Virus record (IMG/VR): IMGVR_UViG_3300043429_000004
Span: 1 to 37,244 of that record
Length of the DNA: 37,244 bases
Source: a virus
Lineage: Duplodnaviria > Caudoviricetes
Strand: one strand, 5' to 3'
The notes beneath the pieces were generated by a model. The model had not been told where the DNA came from, made no database searches, and saw only the letters and a program-made list of their open reading frames with translations. A program made the position numbers and the translations under genes. Positions 27,906-35,530 of the stretch are shown here, piece after piece; positions within the stretch are counted from its first letter, which is position 1, and every line of letters starts with the position of its first letter.

Positions 27906-30010
27906 CAGGTGACCCCCGCACCTGAGATAGCCCAAGCCGTAGAGGTAACTTTTACGCAAGTCGCAAGGCCGTATTGAGCCAATGTGCGTGATCCAGTGGT
28001 GGCAGTGCCAGCCAATCGTAGTGTGTCTGTCGTGATACTGATTGTCTGGTTGCTGCCGCTGTTATTGAAGATAGATACCGCAGCGCCAATCGGAAACGCC
28101 ACACTGCCGTTTGCGGGAATAATCACGCCACCGGTTGTGGTGTTAATCAGCTTACCCTGATCTGCCAGTGCCAGTGTGTATGACGCCGTCTGGCTGTTCT
28201 GTGGCAACCCACGATAACCGATGGTATCCGTGGCAATGGTGCCAGTCGCAGTAATCGTTACGTCTTGGTCAAGTGCAGTTATGTCCGTGTTTGCGCCTGA
28301 CGCGGCAGCGCCAAGGTTTGTGCGGGCACCGGCTGCTGTGGATGCGCCTGTACCGCCCCCTGCCACTGAGACAACACCTGCACCTGCACCGCCGACCTGC
28401 GCGAACACGTTCCAAGTCGTACCGCTATAGACAAGCTGGACACTGACGCCAGAGATATTGCAGACAAGGTCTTCAGACAAACCTTCAATAGTGGAGCCGT
28501 TGCGACCAACCGTGAGGTTGTTTGTGGCCCAAGAGTTTGAGGTATCAACGACAACAACTTGCGCGCCAACAGCCGGTGTGGCTGGAAGCGTAACCGTGAA
28601 GGCTCCGCCGCTAGTGCTGGTCTGTACGCCCTCGCTGGCGGCGGCGGTGTAGTTAGATGTCTTGACCGCAGTGTACGTTATACTGGTGGGTGCTGAAGAC
28701 ACCCAAATGGTGCCGTTGCTGGTTAGGACGTTGCCTGAGGTGCCGGGTGAAGTTACGCCTGTGCCGCCGTTAGCGACGCCAAGTGTACCGGTAATCTGTG
28801 AAGAAAGGTCAACATTCGAAAGTGTGCCACCCAGCGTCAAATTGCCAGACGAGGTCACACTACCTGTTAGTGTGATACCATTAACCGTGCCAGTGCCGCC
28901 AACAGTGGTTACAGTGCCCGCATTAGACGTATAGCCCGAAGGGTTACTCGCAGGGTATGCACCAAGGTTAGACAGCGCCGTAGCCGCGTCAGTGGCTCCT
29001 GTGCCACCAAGAGCAACAGTTACAGGGGCAGTTAGGCTAAACGTAGTGCCAGTCAGTGTAAGACCGGTGCCCGCCGAATAAATCTGTGCCGACGATATCT
29101 GGGCAAAGGTGATATCTGTTGTACCGAAGACAATCGTACCCAGCGTGTTGCAGGTGTAGGTCTCACCTGCGCCGGTCGTGCCCTGTTGGACGAAGACAGT
29201 TGAGCCTTGGCTCAGCCCGTCTGGGCTAGCGTTGACATAAGTGTCTGCATCGCTGGAACGCGTCAATACCCAGTTGGTCGAACCAGAACCTACGCTTGTT
29301 ACGACGTAGATGCCGTTCTGGGTCTCATCGGTCTGCGTATAAATCAAGACGCGGTCAGCGACGCTGAGCGTCACGCCGTCAATAGCTAGCGCAACTTGAG
29401 TGCCAGCATTAGTCAGCGTTGCACCGACCCCAGCAGTCCCGTTGTTATATGTCGCGTTCAGGTTGACGGGGCTTTCGACCCGCACCGGTTGGTGGAAGTG
29501 GATACCAGCAGACGTCTGAGTGTCTACGTACTGTTTGTTGGCGATGTCGCTGCTGCTCGACGGAGTCGTGCTAATTGTACCCGTGGTCAGTGCGATAGAC
29601 GTAATGTCGGTGTTGGCACCTGAAGCCGCTGCGCTGAGATTAGTCCGTGCCGTAGCCGCCACAGTCGCGCCTGTACCGCCATTGGCAATGGGGAGAGTGC
29701 CGTAGCCCTCAGTTATAGCTCTCTCAGTCGGATAAGTGACGAATACGTTGGATAGGCCAGTAAGCGAGATTTTAGCCCCGCCGTCGCTAGACGACAGCAC
29801 GGTATCACGGGAGAGCGTAGTCCCCGACGATGTATAGGTGCCTATCCCGACTTCCCAAGCAAAGTCGCTAGTGATTGTATAGTATGTGGTATTACCGCTG
29901 CCGATAGTCGAAAACGATTGGTAGCCAGCAACAGCCCCAGCAAGTGTTACCGTGCCGGTTCCTGTGGTAGCAGTCGTCTCCTGTACGCGATCCGCAAGGG
30001 TAAGTGCCAT
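27905..30010 (-). CDS. Long tail fibre protein
   Basis: N-terminal MALTLADRVQET.TTTGTG anchor. ANKQYVD motif, four xxGGTG(A/V) repeats, two ARTNLxAAASGANTDIT repeats, and a C-terminal tip domain paralogous to that of 19983-20879. Confidence 0.85.
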   Translation of the reverse strand: MALTLADRVQETTATTGTGTVTLAGAVAGYQSFSTIGSGNTTYYTITSDFAWEVGIGTYTSSGTTLSRDTVLSSSDGGAKISLTGLSNVFVTYPTERAITEGYGTLPIANGGTGATVAATARTNLSAAASGANTDITSIALTTGTISTTPSSSSDIANKQYVDTQTSAGIHFHQPVRVESPVNLNATYNNGTAGVGATLTNAGTQVALAIDGVTLSVADRVLIYTQTDETQNGIYVVTSVGSGSTNWVLTRSSDADTYVNASPDGLSQGSTVFVQQGTTGAGETYTCNTLGTIVFGTTDITFAQISSAQIYSAGTGLTLTGTTFSLTAPVTVALGGTGATDAATALSNLGAYPASNPSGYTSNAGTVTTVGGTGTVNGITLTGSVTSSGNLTLGGTLSNVDLSSQITGTLGVANGGTGVTSPGTSGNVLTSNGTIWVSSAPTSITYTAVKTSNYTAAASEGVQTSTSGGAFTVTLPATPAVGAQVVVVDTSNSWATNNLTVGRNGSTIEGLSEDLVCNISGVSVQLVYSGTTWNVFAQVGGAGAGVVSVAGGGTGASTAAGARTNLGAAASGANTDITALDQDVTITATGTIATDTIGYRGLPQNSQTASYTLALADQGKLINTTTGGVIIPANGSVAFPIGAAVSIFNNSGSNQTISITTDTLRLAGTATTGSRTLAQYGLATCVKVTSTAWAISGAGVT

Positions 30011-30480
30011 TATGCAATCCTGATGATAGCGGTGGTGTTAGTGGCCGTTGGGAAGATGATGGTGAAATCACCGTCCGTTGAAGTCTTGTCCGAACCAAAG
30101 TCCAATACAGCAACAGAAGCGTTGGTCAGCGTGGTGTTCGCGTTCGAGTTAGCTGAAGGCGTTGTGTTATAGATCAACGCGCCGCGAGCCGTAATGGAGG
30201 CGTTAGCGAAGGTCAGGTCGGCAAAGTCTGTGAAACCCGTACCCGAAGACGCGTTATTGTTCGAGGTAACAACGCCAAGGTTAGTCAACGTACCACCGCC
30301 AGCGGTGTAGTTTGTGCCGGTTACTTCGTTAGACGTAGTGTATGTGGCGGTATTGGCGTCAATCGCAGCCGACGAGGTGTACATCGCCAACTTAAAAGTA
30401 TCGCCGCCTACGCGGAAGTCGTGCACAGCCAACATAAGCTCGGCCTTAAACGACGTGGTCATTGCTTGAGTAATTGCCAT
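30010..30480 (-). CDS. Conserved virion structural protein
   Basis: MAITQAMTTSFK...FKLAMYT...YTAGG...ITARGALIYN...VLDFG.DK...AIIRIA. GGAGG RBS. Coupled to the fibre gene. Confidence 0.75.
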   Translation of the reverse strand: MAITQAMTTSFKAELMLAVHDFRVGGDTFKLAMYTSSAAIDANTATYTTSNEVTGTNYTAGGGTLTNLGVVTSNNNASSGTGFTDFADLTFANASITARGALIYNTTPSANSNANTTLTNASVAVLDFGSDKTSTDGDFTIIFPTATNTTAIIRIA

Positions 30481-30492
30481 TTCGTGGCCTCC

Positions 30493-30777
30493 TTATGTAT
30501 CGAGTATCGAGGTAAGCTCTGGATACCCCGCCTGTTTAAATTTGTTCACCAGAGTTACGTTATGCGACCGCACAGCTTCGTGCATGTAGTGCACTAGCAC
30601 CCCACGGATGCTGTCTTTGAAGGCTTCAGCTTGGTCACGGATAGCAGGATGTGCGTTGCTGCCCACATAGATAATTTTATCCAGCGCACGCTCGGCAACT
30701 TCTTCCGGCGTGAAGCCACGTCCTTGGGTAGCCATAACCATGACGTTGCCAATAGTGCCTGAAACGGGGTCGAACAT
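30493..30777 (-). CDS. Hypothetical conserved phage protein
   Basis: GGAGG RBS. RGFTPEEVAERALDKII.V...HPAIRDQAEAFK. Fits the operon spacing. Confidence 0.7.
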   Translation of the reverse strand: MFDPVSGTIGNVMVMATQGRGFTPEEVAERALDKIIYVGSNAHPAIRDQAEAFKDSIRGVLVHYMHEAVRSHNVTLVNKFKQAGYPELTSILDT

Positions 30778-30786
30778 CTATGCCTC

Positions 30787-31467
30787 CTATGCGACCGGAT
30801 ACCGCGCCTGTGGCGTCCGGTACATGTCTTGACGGTTTTTGCCTTCGCCAAGTTGTTTGAGCATCGCCAGCGCCTCGTTGTACCGCTTCTGGTACTCGGC
30901 GTTGATGTCCTGCTCGCCCTTCATAAAGATATACGCCTCAATCAGCGCGCCATAAAGCAAAACACTGTCGAAGTTATCACCCAACCAGCTTGTACCAGCG
31001 GTTACGATGGACTCTGGGTAGTAGAAGTAGTGCAGTTCGACTGCATAGTTATCGTCTGGTGTCGGCCCCAAGATGTACGAGTTCTCGTCAAAGTAGGCGT
31101 AGTGCGTGGGTATACCTTCGTCATCTGGGTTAGGAAACGACTGCCGGATAAAGCTGACGTCCTTATTGAGCATATACTCATAACGCCCAGTAGCGTCGAT
31201 AACCGCCATGGAAAAGTTAGCCAGCCAGTCTGAAGGCACTGCGAGGTATTTATTACCTGACGTCATGTTACCCGTCACGTTCTTACGCAGGTCAAGCAGC
31301 TGCACCATGTTAAAGATGCGCTGCTCAGCCTGTTCGATAAACGTGTTGATCTGCTCGGTAGATGTCAAAGTCACCGGAGTGGTGCCGTCAGAGCCGGTCC
31401 ACGAAGTGTTGGGAAAGTCGTTTTCGACGTACCCTTTGATTGTCTCGAACAGTTGTGCGTAGTTCAT
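30787..31467 (-). CDS. Head-tail adaptor / tail tubular protein A-like
   Basis: N-terminal helical MNYAQL...FIEQAEQRI, beta insert P.D...GIPTHYA...LGPTPD..Y.VELHY, and C-terminal LLYGAL.EAY.FMKG helices. Confidence 0.7.
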   Translation of the reverse strand: MNYAQLFETIKGYVENDFPNTSWTGSDGTTPVTLTSTEQINTFIEQAEQRIFNMVQLLDLRKNVTGNMTSGNKYLAVPSDWLANFSMAVIDATGRYEYMLNKDVSFIRQSFPNPDDEGIPTHYAYFDENSYILGPTPDDNYAVELHYFYYPESIVTAGTSWLGDNFDSVLLYGALIEAYIFMKGEQDINAEYQKRYNEALAMLKQLGEGKNRQDMYRTPQARYPVA

Positions 31468-31607
31468 TAGGCCAGTTTCTTGCTGCTATGCGTACCTTTA
31501 GTAGCCGCGCCAGTGCCGCGAGTTTTCACAGTCTGAGTGTTAGCTACGTTGTTTGGATAGCCCGAGTTGTTCTTCACAATCGGCACCGTCTTGGGTTTGT
31601 AGTCCAT
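31467..31607 (-). CDS. 46-aa basic peptide missed by the ORF track (MDYKPKTVPIVKNNSGYPNNVANTQTVKTRGTGAATKGTHSSKKLA)
   Basis: Translated by hand. ATG 31607 lies right after the upstream stop, with GGAG upstream. TAA overlaps the next ATG (TAATG). Confidence 0.75.
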   Translation of the reverse strand: MDYKPKTVPIVKNNSGYPNNVANTQTVKTRGTGAATKGTHSSKKLA

Positions 31608-31608
31608 A

Positions 31609-31803
31609 TTATTTGCTCCGCGAAGATTTCTTCTGGTTGGCGATTTTGGCGAGATTGCGACCCAGCGCCTTCATTTGCGCGTTGGTCTTGCCGCCCTTGG
31701 CCAGCTTAGTCATAGGCTTGCCCTTATGCATTGCGCGCTCGTGCTTATGCACGGCCTTCGCTGCGGTAGCCTTATCCTGCTTCAAATCTTTCTTATCCAT
31801 CAC
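31609..31803 (-). CDS. Small Lys-rich protein
   Basis: D.KQDK...KAVHKHE..MH.GKP.TKLAKGG. GGAGA RBS. Confidence 0.75.
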   Translation of the reverse strand: MMDKKDLKQDKATAAKAVHKHERAMHKGKPMTKLAKGGKTNAQMKALGRNLAKIANQKKSSRSK

Positions 31804-32195
31804 TAATTCTCCGTCTCAATCGTTACGGTCCCTACTTGACCACTACCTAATAGCGTATTTGGAAGCCCAAATAAACCCAAAGGATTATTTAGTCCTACTG
31901 GAGCCCACCCCCACTGAATTATGCGACTACCGTCACTTGGGTTGTTGTTCGGGTTGAGGCCCGCTTGGTAGTAGCTGTTATCAGGACGTGGGTTGCGTAG
32001 AGCCTGCGGGTCATCCACGGGGTACATACCGAGCTGCAACTGCGGCTGGTCCGGTTCCCAGCAAGTGGGGCACACAAGGATGTTGACGTTCTTGGTCTTG
32101 ATGACGAGCCGCTTTAGCTCTTTCAGCTTATACCGAAAGTTACAGCGGTCGCACTGGGCGATTGCCCATTTGCCAGAAGCAAACCGATTAGGCAC
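31803..32195 (-). CDS. Zn-ribbon protein (CxxC...CxxC)
   Basis: CDRC and CPTC pairs, DPQALRNPRPD. Located between the adaptor-like genes. Confidence 0.75.
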   Translation of the reverse strand: MPNRFASGKWAIAQCDRCNFRYKLKELKRLVIKTKNVNILVCPTCWEPDQPQLQLGMYPVDDPQALRNPRPDNSYYQAGLNPNNNPSDGSRIIQWGWAPVGLNNPLGLFGLPNTLLGSGQVGTVTIETEN

Positions 32196-32198
32196 AAA

Positions 32199-32939
32199 TC
32201 ACCGGAAATACTGGCGAGGCGCGAGGCGCAATGGCGCTTTCTCACGGTCCTCGTCAGCAGCCTGCTGCCAGAGTTCTTCGTACTGCATCTTTAGGCCCGC
32301 AGAGCGCTCGAGCGCGCCGGGCAGCTTCAAGGATAAGTGATACGCGAGACCAGCCACCATACAAGGGAGGAACCTAAACGGTATATCCTGCGTAGTAACA
32401 CCATCACCAGCATCCTGTAAGCGGCGCAAGCGCCAGTAGACAAAAGTGTAAAAGTTGCTCTGGTCGGGGGCGGGCCATACGTTGATTGATGGATGATCGA
32501 CACCTGTGGTCGAGTTAGTACCTGCAGGCTGCCCACCCACCGGGTAGGTCGCGCCTGACTGGCGGTTAATCCACACTTGGATAGGCCGACCCTGCGCATT
32601 CTTATTCGGGATGGTCGAGTATGTATCGACGCTGATACGGCTAATCGTAATGTCCGTCTGCTGCTCCCCGGTTTGGGTGCGCACAACGTGCTCAAGCAGG
32701 TCTATTGTATCTACAGGTAGCTCATAGACAATCTGCCCCTGCACCATAGGGATTGAGCCCTGCTCAATGGTCCACAGGTTAATACCACGGTTGGCCCACT
32801 CAATAGTAAGCAGGTTGAGGCTACGACGCGCAGTGCGCAGGTCGTAACCCGTGCGAAGCTCTGCCCCGCAACGCTCAAAAGCCTCTTCGACTAGGTCGTT
32901 GAGGTTAAGATTAAATGTGCTGGTGCCCGAGGTAGTCAT
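32199..32939 (-). CDS. Second head-tail adaptor / tail tubular protein-like
   Basis: EEAFERCG...ARRSLNLL..EWANRG.NLW, GRP.Q, VWPAPD, PFRFLPCMVAGLAY, AADEDRE. Same helix-beta-helix layout as 30787-31467. Confidence 0.7.
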   Translation of the reverse strand: MTTSGTSTFNLNLNDLVEEAFERCGAELRTGYDLRTARRSLNLLTIEWANRGINLWTIEQGSIPMVQGQIVYELPVDTIDLLEHVVRTQTGEQQTDITISRISVDTYSTIPNKNAQGRPIQVWINRQSGATYPVGGQPAGTNSTTGVDHPSINVWPAPDQSNFYTFVYWRLRRLQDAGDGVTTQDIPFRFLPCMVAGLAYHLSLKLPGALERSAGLKMQYEELWQQAADEDREKAPLRLAPRQYFR

Positions 32940-33331
32940 CTGTATTTCGCTGCCTTCTTCGCTATGGCCTTCGGCTGCTTAACAAACTGCTTACCTGCCT
33001 TAATACCTGCGCGTTTCGCCTTGCTTGTAGCAGAGTATTCCTGCGAACTCAAAGCCTCACGTGCTTTCTTAGGTAAGTAGCGCTCACCTGTGGCTTTTGA
33101 CCCCTGCGTAGACGGCTTGCCTGACTTAGTGCCCCAGTCCTCTTTGGTCCATTTGGACAGAGACTTCTGGGCTTCCGTCTTCGGGCCGCTGTAGCTGCCG
33201 CCAGACTTCTTGTACCGCTGGGTCGCAAGTTGGGCTTTACGGGCGGACCATTGACCTGCGTTTCCACCCTTCGTGCCAGCCTTTACGCTGGCAACGATGC
33301 GCTTCCATTTAGGTTCGTCCGACCGGGCCAT
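32936..33331 (-). CDS. Basic protein, DUF5872-like
   Basis: GTKGG..GQWSARKAQL...YK..GG.Y...QKSL.KWTKEDW.TKSG...RYLPKKA. Family recognised from memory. Confidence 0.7.
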   Translation of the reverse strand: MARSDEPKWKRIVASVKAGTKGGNAGQWSARKAQLATQRYKKSGGSYSGPKTEAQKSLSKWTKEDWGTKSGKPSTQGSKATGERYLPKKAREALSSQEYSATSKAKRAGIKAGKQFVKQPKAIAKKAAKYR

Positions 33332-33621
33332 TACTTCTTCTTAAAACCTTTCAGCAACTGCGCGAACCGTGCACGTTGGCCTAACTTACCGGGAGCCTTA
33401 GCGGCCTTGGCAAGTTTACCGGCTGGGATTGGCTTGCCCTTCTTGGCACCAAGAGCCGAGCGCAGTGCACCCGGCTTCTTAATGGCCTTCGAAATGTCGA
33501 GCTTCGCCTCGCCGCCTTTAGCGTACACGGTTACGTTGTCGGGGTTATCCTTACGACGAATAGTTTTCGCCCCCGGCATTTTAGAAGGGTTTATAGCCCC
33601 CATACCCCGACAAGCGCGCAT
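33331..33621 (-). CDS. Small Lys-rich protein
   Basis: RGMGAINPSK...YAKGG...AIKKPGALR..LG.KKG..IP..KL..AAK.PGKLGQRAR. TAATG-coupled on both sides. Confidence 0.75.
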   Translation of the reverse strand: MRACRGMGAINPSKMPGAKTIRRKDNPDNVTVYAKGGEAKLDISKAIKKPGALRSALGAKKGKPIPAGKLAKAAKAPGKLGQRARFAQLLKGFKKK

Positions 33622-34766
33622 TAGCAGGAGCCGCCTTTTTTCATCTTGACCATCGAAGTCTTGGTCTTGCCCTTGATAGCGATACCGTCGATGGAGCCAC
33701 CCTTGGCGTATTTCTTCATGGAGCCACCGCTACACTTCTTGACCATTGCACGACCCTTAGTGTCAGCCGACTTCTTGACCATTGCAGCGCCAAACTTAGT
33801 TGCCTTGCCGCCCTTAGCCATACCCGGCTTAGCGTTGCGCTTCGCCAGTTCCTTAAGAAACTCTTTACGGCCCGGGGTCAACGGCACAGTGTCCGCACCA
33901 CCTGTGATTGGTTCTTTTGTTGGTTTTTTCTTAAGTGGCATCAGTTGCTTGCCACCCATAGGCATTGGTTTTTTGCTCATAGTAGTTTCCTTTTTAACTG
34001 TGCCACCTTTGGCGAGTTTAACACCTGCAGCCCCGTATGCAGACTGTACGTTACGGGAAGCAAAGCGTTTTGCGTTTGCAGCTGCCTTGTCAGCTTTTGC
34101 CTTGTCAGCTTTTGCTTTAGCGTCTTTCTCCGCTTTTTCCCGAGCGGTCTTAGACGCCAACAAGAGAGCAGTGGTAGTGGATGTCGCAGGCTTAGGCGCA
34201 GTTGCCGCAGGCTTAGCCACAGTCGCAGTAGTTGCCGCAGGTTTAGGCGTAGTCGTCGCAGGTTTAGGCGTAGTCGCCGCAGGTTTAGCCGCAGACCCTT
34301 GTACGGGTTTCTGTGCAGGTTTACGGCCTTCACCAGCAATGTTCGTGGTGAAGCTCTTACCGTTAAAGGTGAAGGTCTTACCTGCACCCAGACGCGCACG
34401 GGCTTCTTTGAATGCTGCACCGAAGCTCTGTGGTTTAGCCTTCGCTGTTTCGGCTGTAGGTGCGGCTGTAGTTGTTTTAGCAGGTTCAGCTGCGGCTGCG
34501 GGTTTGTCTGCGCCGAACTTACGGGTCCTGCTTAAACGCTGTTCTGCGTCATACTCTGCTTTGCGTGTAGCAGTGCGGTCAGCGCCTGTACGCTTAGCTA
34601 GGTCGTCCTTGGCATCAGCGATACGCTGTGCGGCTTTCGCTTCAGCCACATCTGCGTTTTTACCTTTGGCAAGAGCAATTTTGCGGTCTTTTTCGATATC
34701 CGCCATGCGCCGGTCATAACGACCTTGTGCGCCACCGGCAGAGAACTTTTTCATCTTGCGTGCCAT
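33621..34766 (-). CDS. Lys/Ala-rich histone-H1-like protein with multiple xAKGG motifs
   Basis: 381 aa and very basic. PKPAATT repeats and an SFGAAFKEAR...KTFTFNGKSFTT module. GGAAGG RBS. Confidence 0.75.
   Translation of the reverse strand: MARKMKKFSAGGAQGRYDRRMADIEKDRKIALAKGKNADVAEAKAAQRIADAKDDLAKRTGADRTATRKAEYDAEQRLSRTRKFGADKPAAAAEPAKTTTAAPTAETAKAKPQSFGAAFKEARARLGAGKTFTFNGKSFTTNIAGEGRKPAQKPVQGSAAKPAATTPKPATTTPKPAATTATVAKPAATAPKPATSTTTALLLASKTAREKAEKDAKAKADKAKADKAAANAKRFASRNVQSAYGAAGVKLAKGGTVKKETTMSKKPMPMGGKQLMPLKKKPTKEPITGGADTVPLTPGRKEFLKELAKRNAKPGMAKGGKATKFGAAMVKKSADTKGRAMVKKCSGGSMKKYAKGGSIDGIAIKGKTKTSMVKMKKGGSC
34228..34290. repeat. 3 x 21-bp coding tandem repeat (PKPAATT), with further degenerate copies to about 34185
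   Basis: gtagttgccgcaggtttaggc / gtagtcgtcgcaggtttaggc / gtagtcgccgcaggtttagcc. Confidence 0.85.
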
Positions 34767-34768
34767 AA

Positions 34769-35011
34769 CTATACCTTCCTCATATCATCGACCTTGGCCT
34801 CGAGACGCTCGAACGCCCTATCAAACCGGTCACCAAGCCTATCGACCATCACGTTAACTTCAGCGCGAGTGACATGTTCACGCGCCACTTCTTCGCGGGT
34901 TTTGTTGAGCAGGATACCAAGACGGTCCAACTCGTCAATCTTCCCCCTAAGGAAGAAGCCCATAACCGCCACCACGACGCTCAATGCGATGTTCCAGAGC
35001 ATCATTTCCAT
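34769..35011 (-). CDS. Small single-TM coiled-coil protein
   Basis: Likely start ATG 35011 (MEMMLWNIALSVVVAVMGFFL), just after the upstream stop. Helical REEVAREHVT...RLEAKVD. Confidence 0.7.
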   Translation of the reverse strand: MEMMLWNIALSVVVAVMGFFLRGKIDELDRLGILLNKTREEVAREHVTRAEVNVMVDRLGDRFDRAFERLEAKVDDMRKV

Positions 35012-35012
35012 A

Positions 35013-35267
35013 TCAACATTTCCAAGCCCTGAGGCTTTTATTGATGCGGCTATTAGGGTCATTCGCGGTCTTCTTGCTGGTCAGCTTCTTCTTCATGCCC
35101 GACATCCGAGCGCAGAATGACTTCTTGCGCGGACCACCTTCAGGCTGTGGTGCCTTGAGGCCGGGCTTACCGGGGTTGGCTTTATTGTAAGACGCACGAC
35201 CCTTGGCGTTCAGCCCGCCAGACTTCGCTTTGCCTTCTTTGCGTGTCCAAGCGGGCGTCTTGGCCAT
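35013..35267 (-). CDS. Basic protein, DUF6321-like
   Basis: AW.RKEGK...GGLNAKGRASY...LKAP...RKKSFCARM.GM...DPNSRINKSLRAW.C. Family recognised from memory. Confidence 0.75.
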   Translation of the reverse strand: MAKTPAWTRKEGKAKSGGLNAKGRASYNKANPGKPGLKAPQPEGGPRKKSFCARMSGMKKKLTSKKTANDPNSRINKSLRAWKC

Positions 35268-35530
35268 TAGACGAACTTGCCTTTGGTCTTGCCCTGAGTG
35301 GCGCAGCCGTCAGCACGGCGAGAGGCGGAACCGCCCTTAGCCATCTTCTTGACCTTACCGCCCTTTTTGAAGTCCTTGGTGTTTTCGCCCCGGTCTGTGA
35401 CTCCGTAGCGACCGCCCATAGCAGGGGCACCCATGTTGGCACCGCCAGCTTGTGCCGCCTGAAACTTGTTCATCGCCCTCGCATCAAGTTTGGCTTGTAG
35501 TTTAGGTGGTAGTTTTAAACCTAGTGGCAT
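35267..35530 (-). CDS. Small Lys-rich protein
   Basis: FKKGGKVKKMAKGGSASRRADGCATQGKTKGKFV. TAATG-coupled. Confidence 0.75.
   Translation of the reverse strand: MPLGLKLPPKLQAKLDARAMNKFQAAQAGGANMGAPAMGGRYGVTDRGENTKDFKKGGKVKKMAKGGSASRRADGCATQGKTKGKFV

Noticed and set aside
19552-28219. Diversity-generating retroelement or invertase shufflon acting on the duplicated tip regions
   Set aside because: There is no reverse transcriptase or recombinase in the window, the copies differ at many non-adenine positions, and all modules are co-oriented without inverted crossover sites.
34185-34290. CRISPR-like or origin-like repeat array
   Set aside because: The repeats are contiguous, in-frame coding units without spacers.
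33646-34719. 357-aa plus-strand ORF
   Set aside because: Antisense shadow of the Lys/Ala-rich gene. It has no RBS context and mirrors codon-biased low-complexity sequence.
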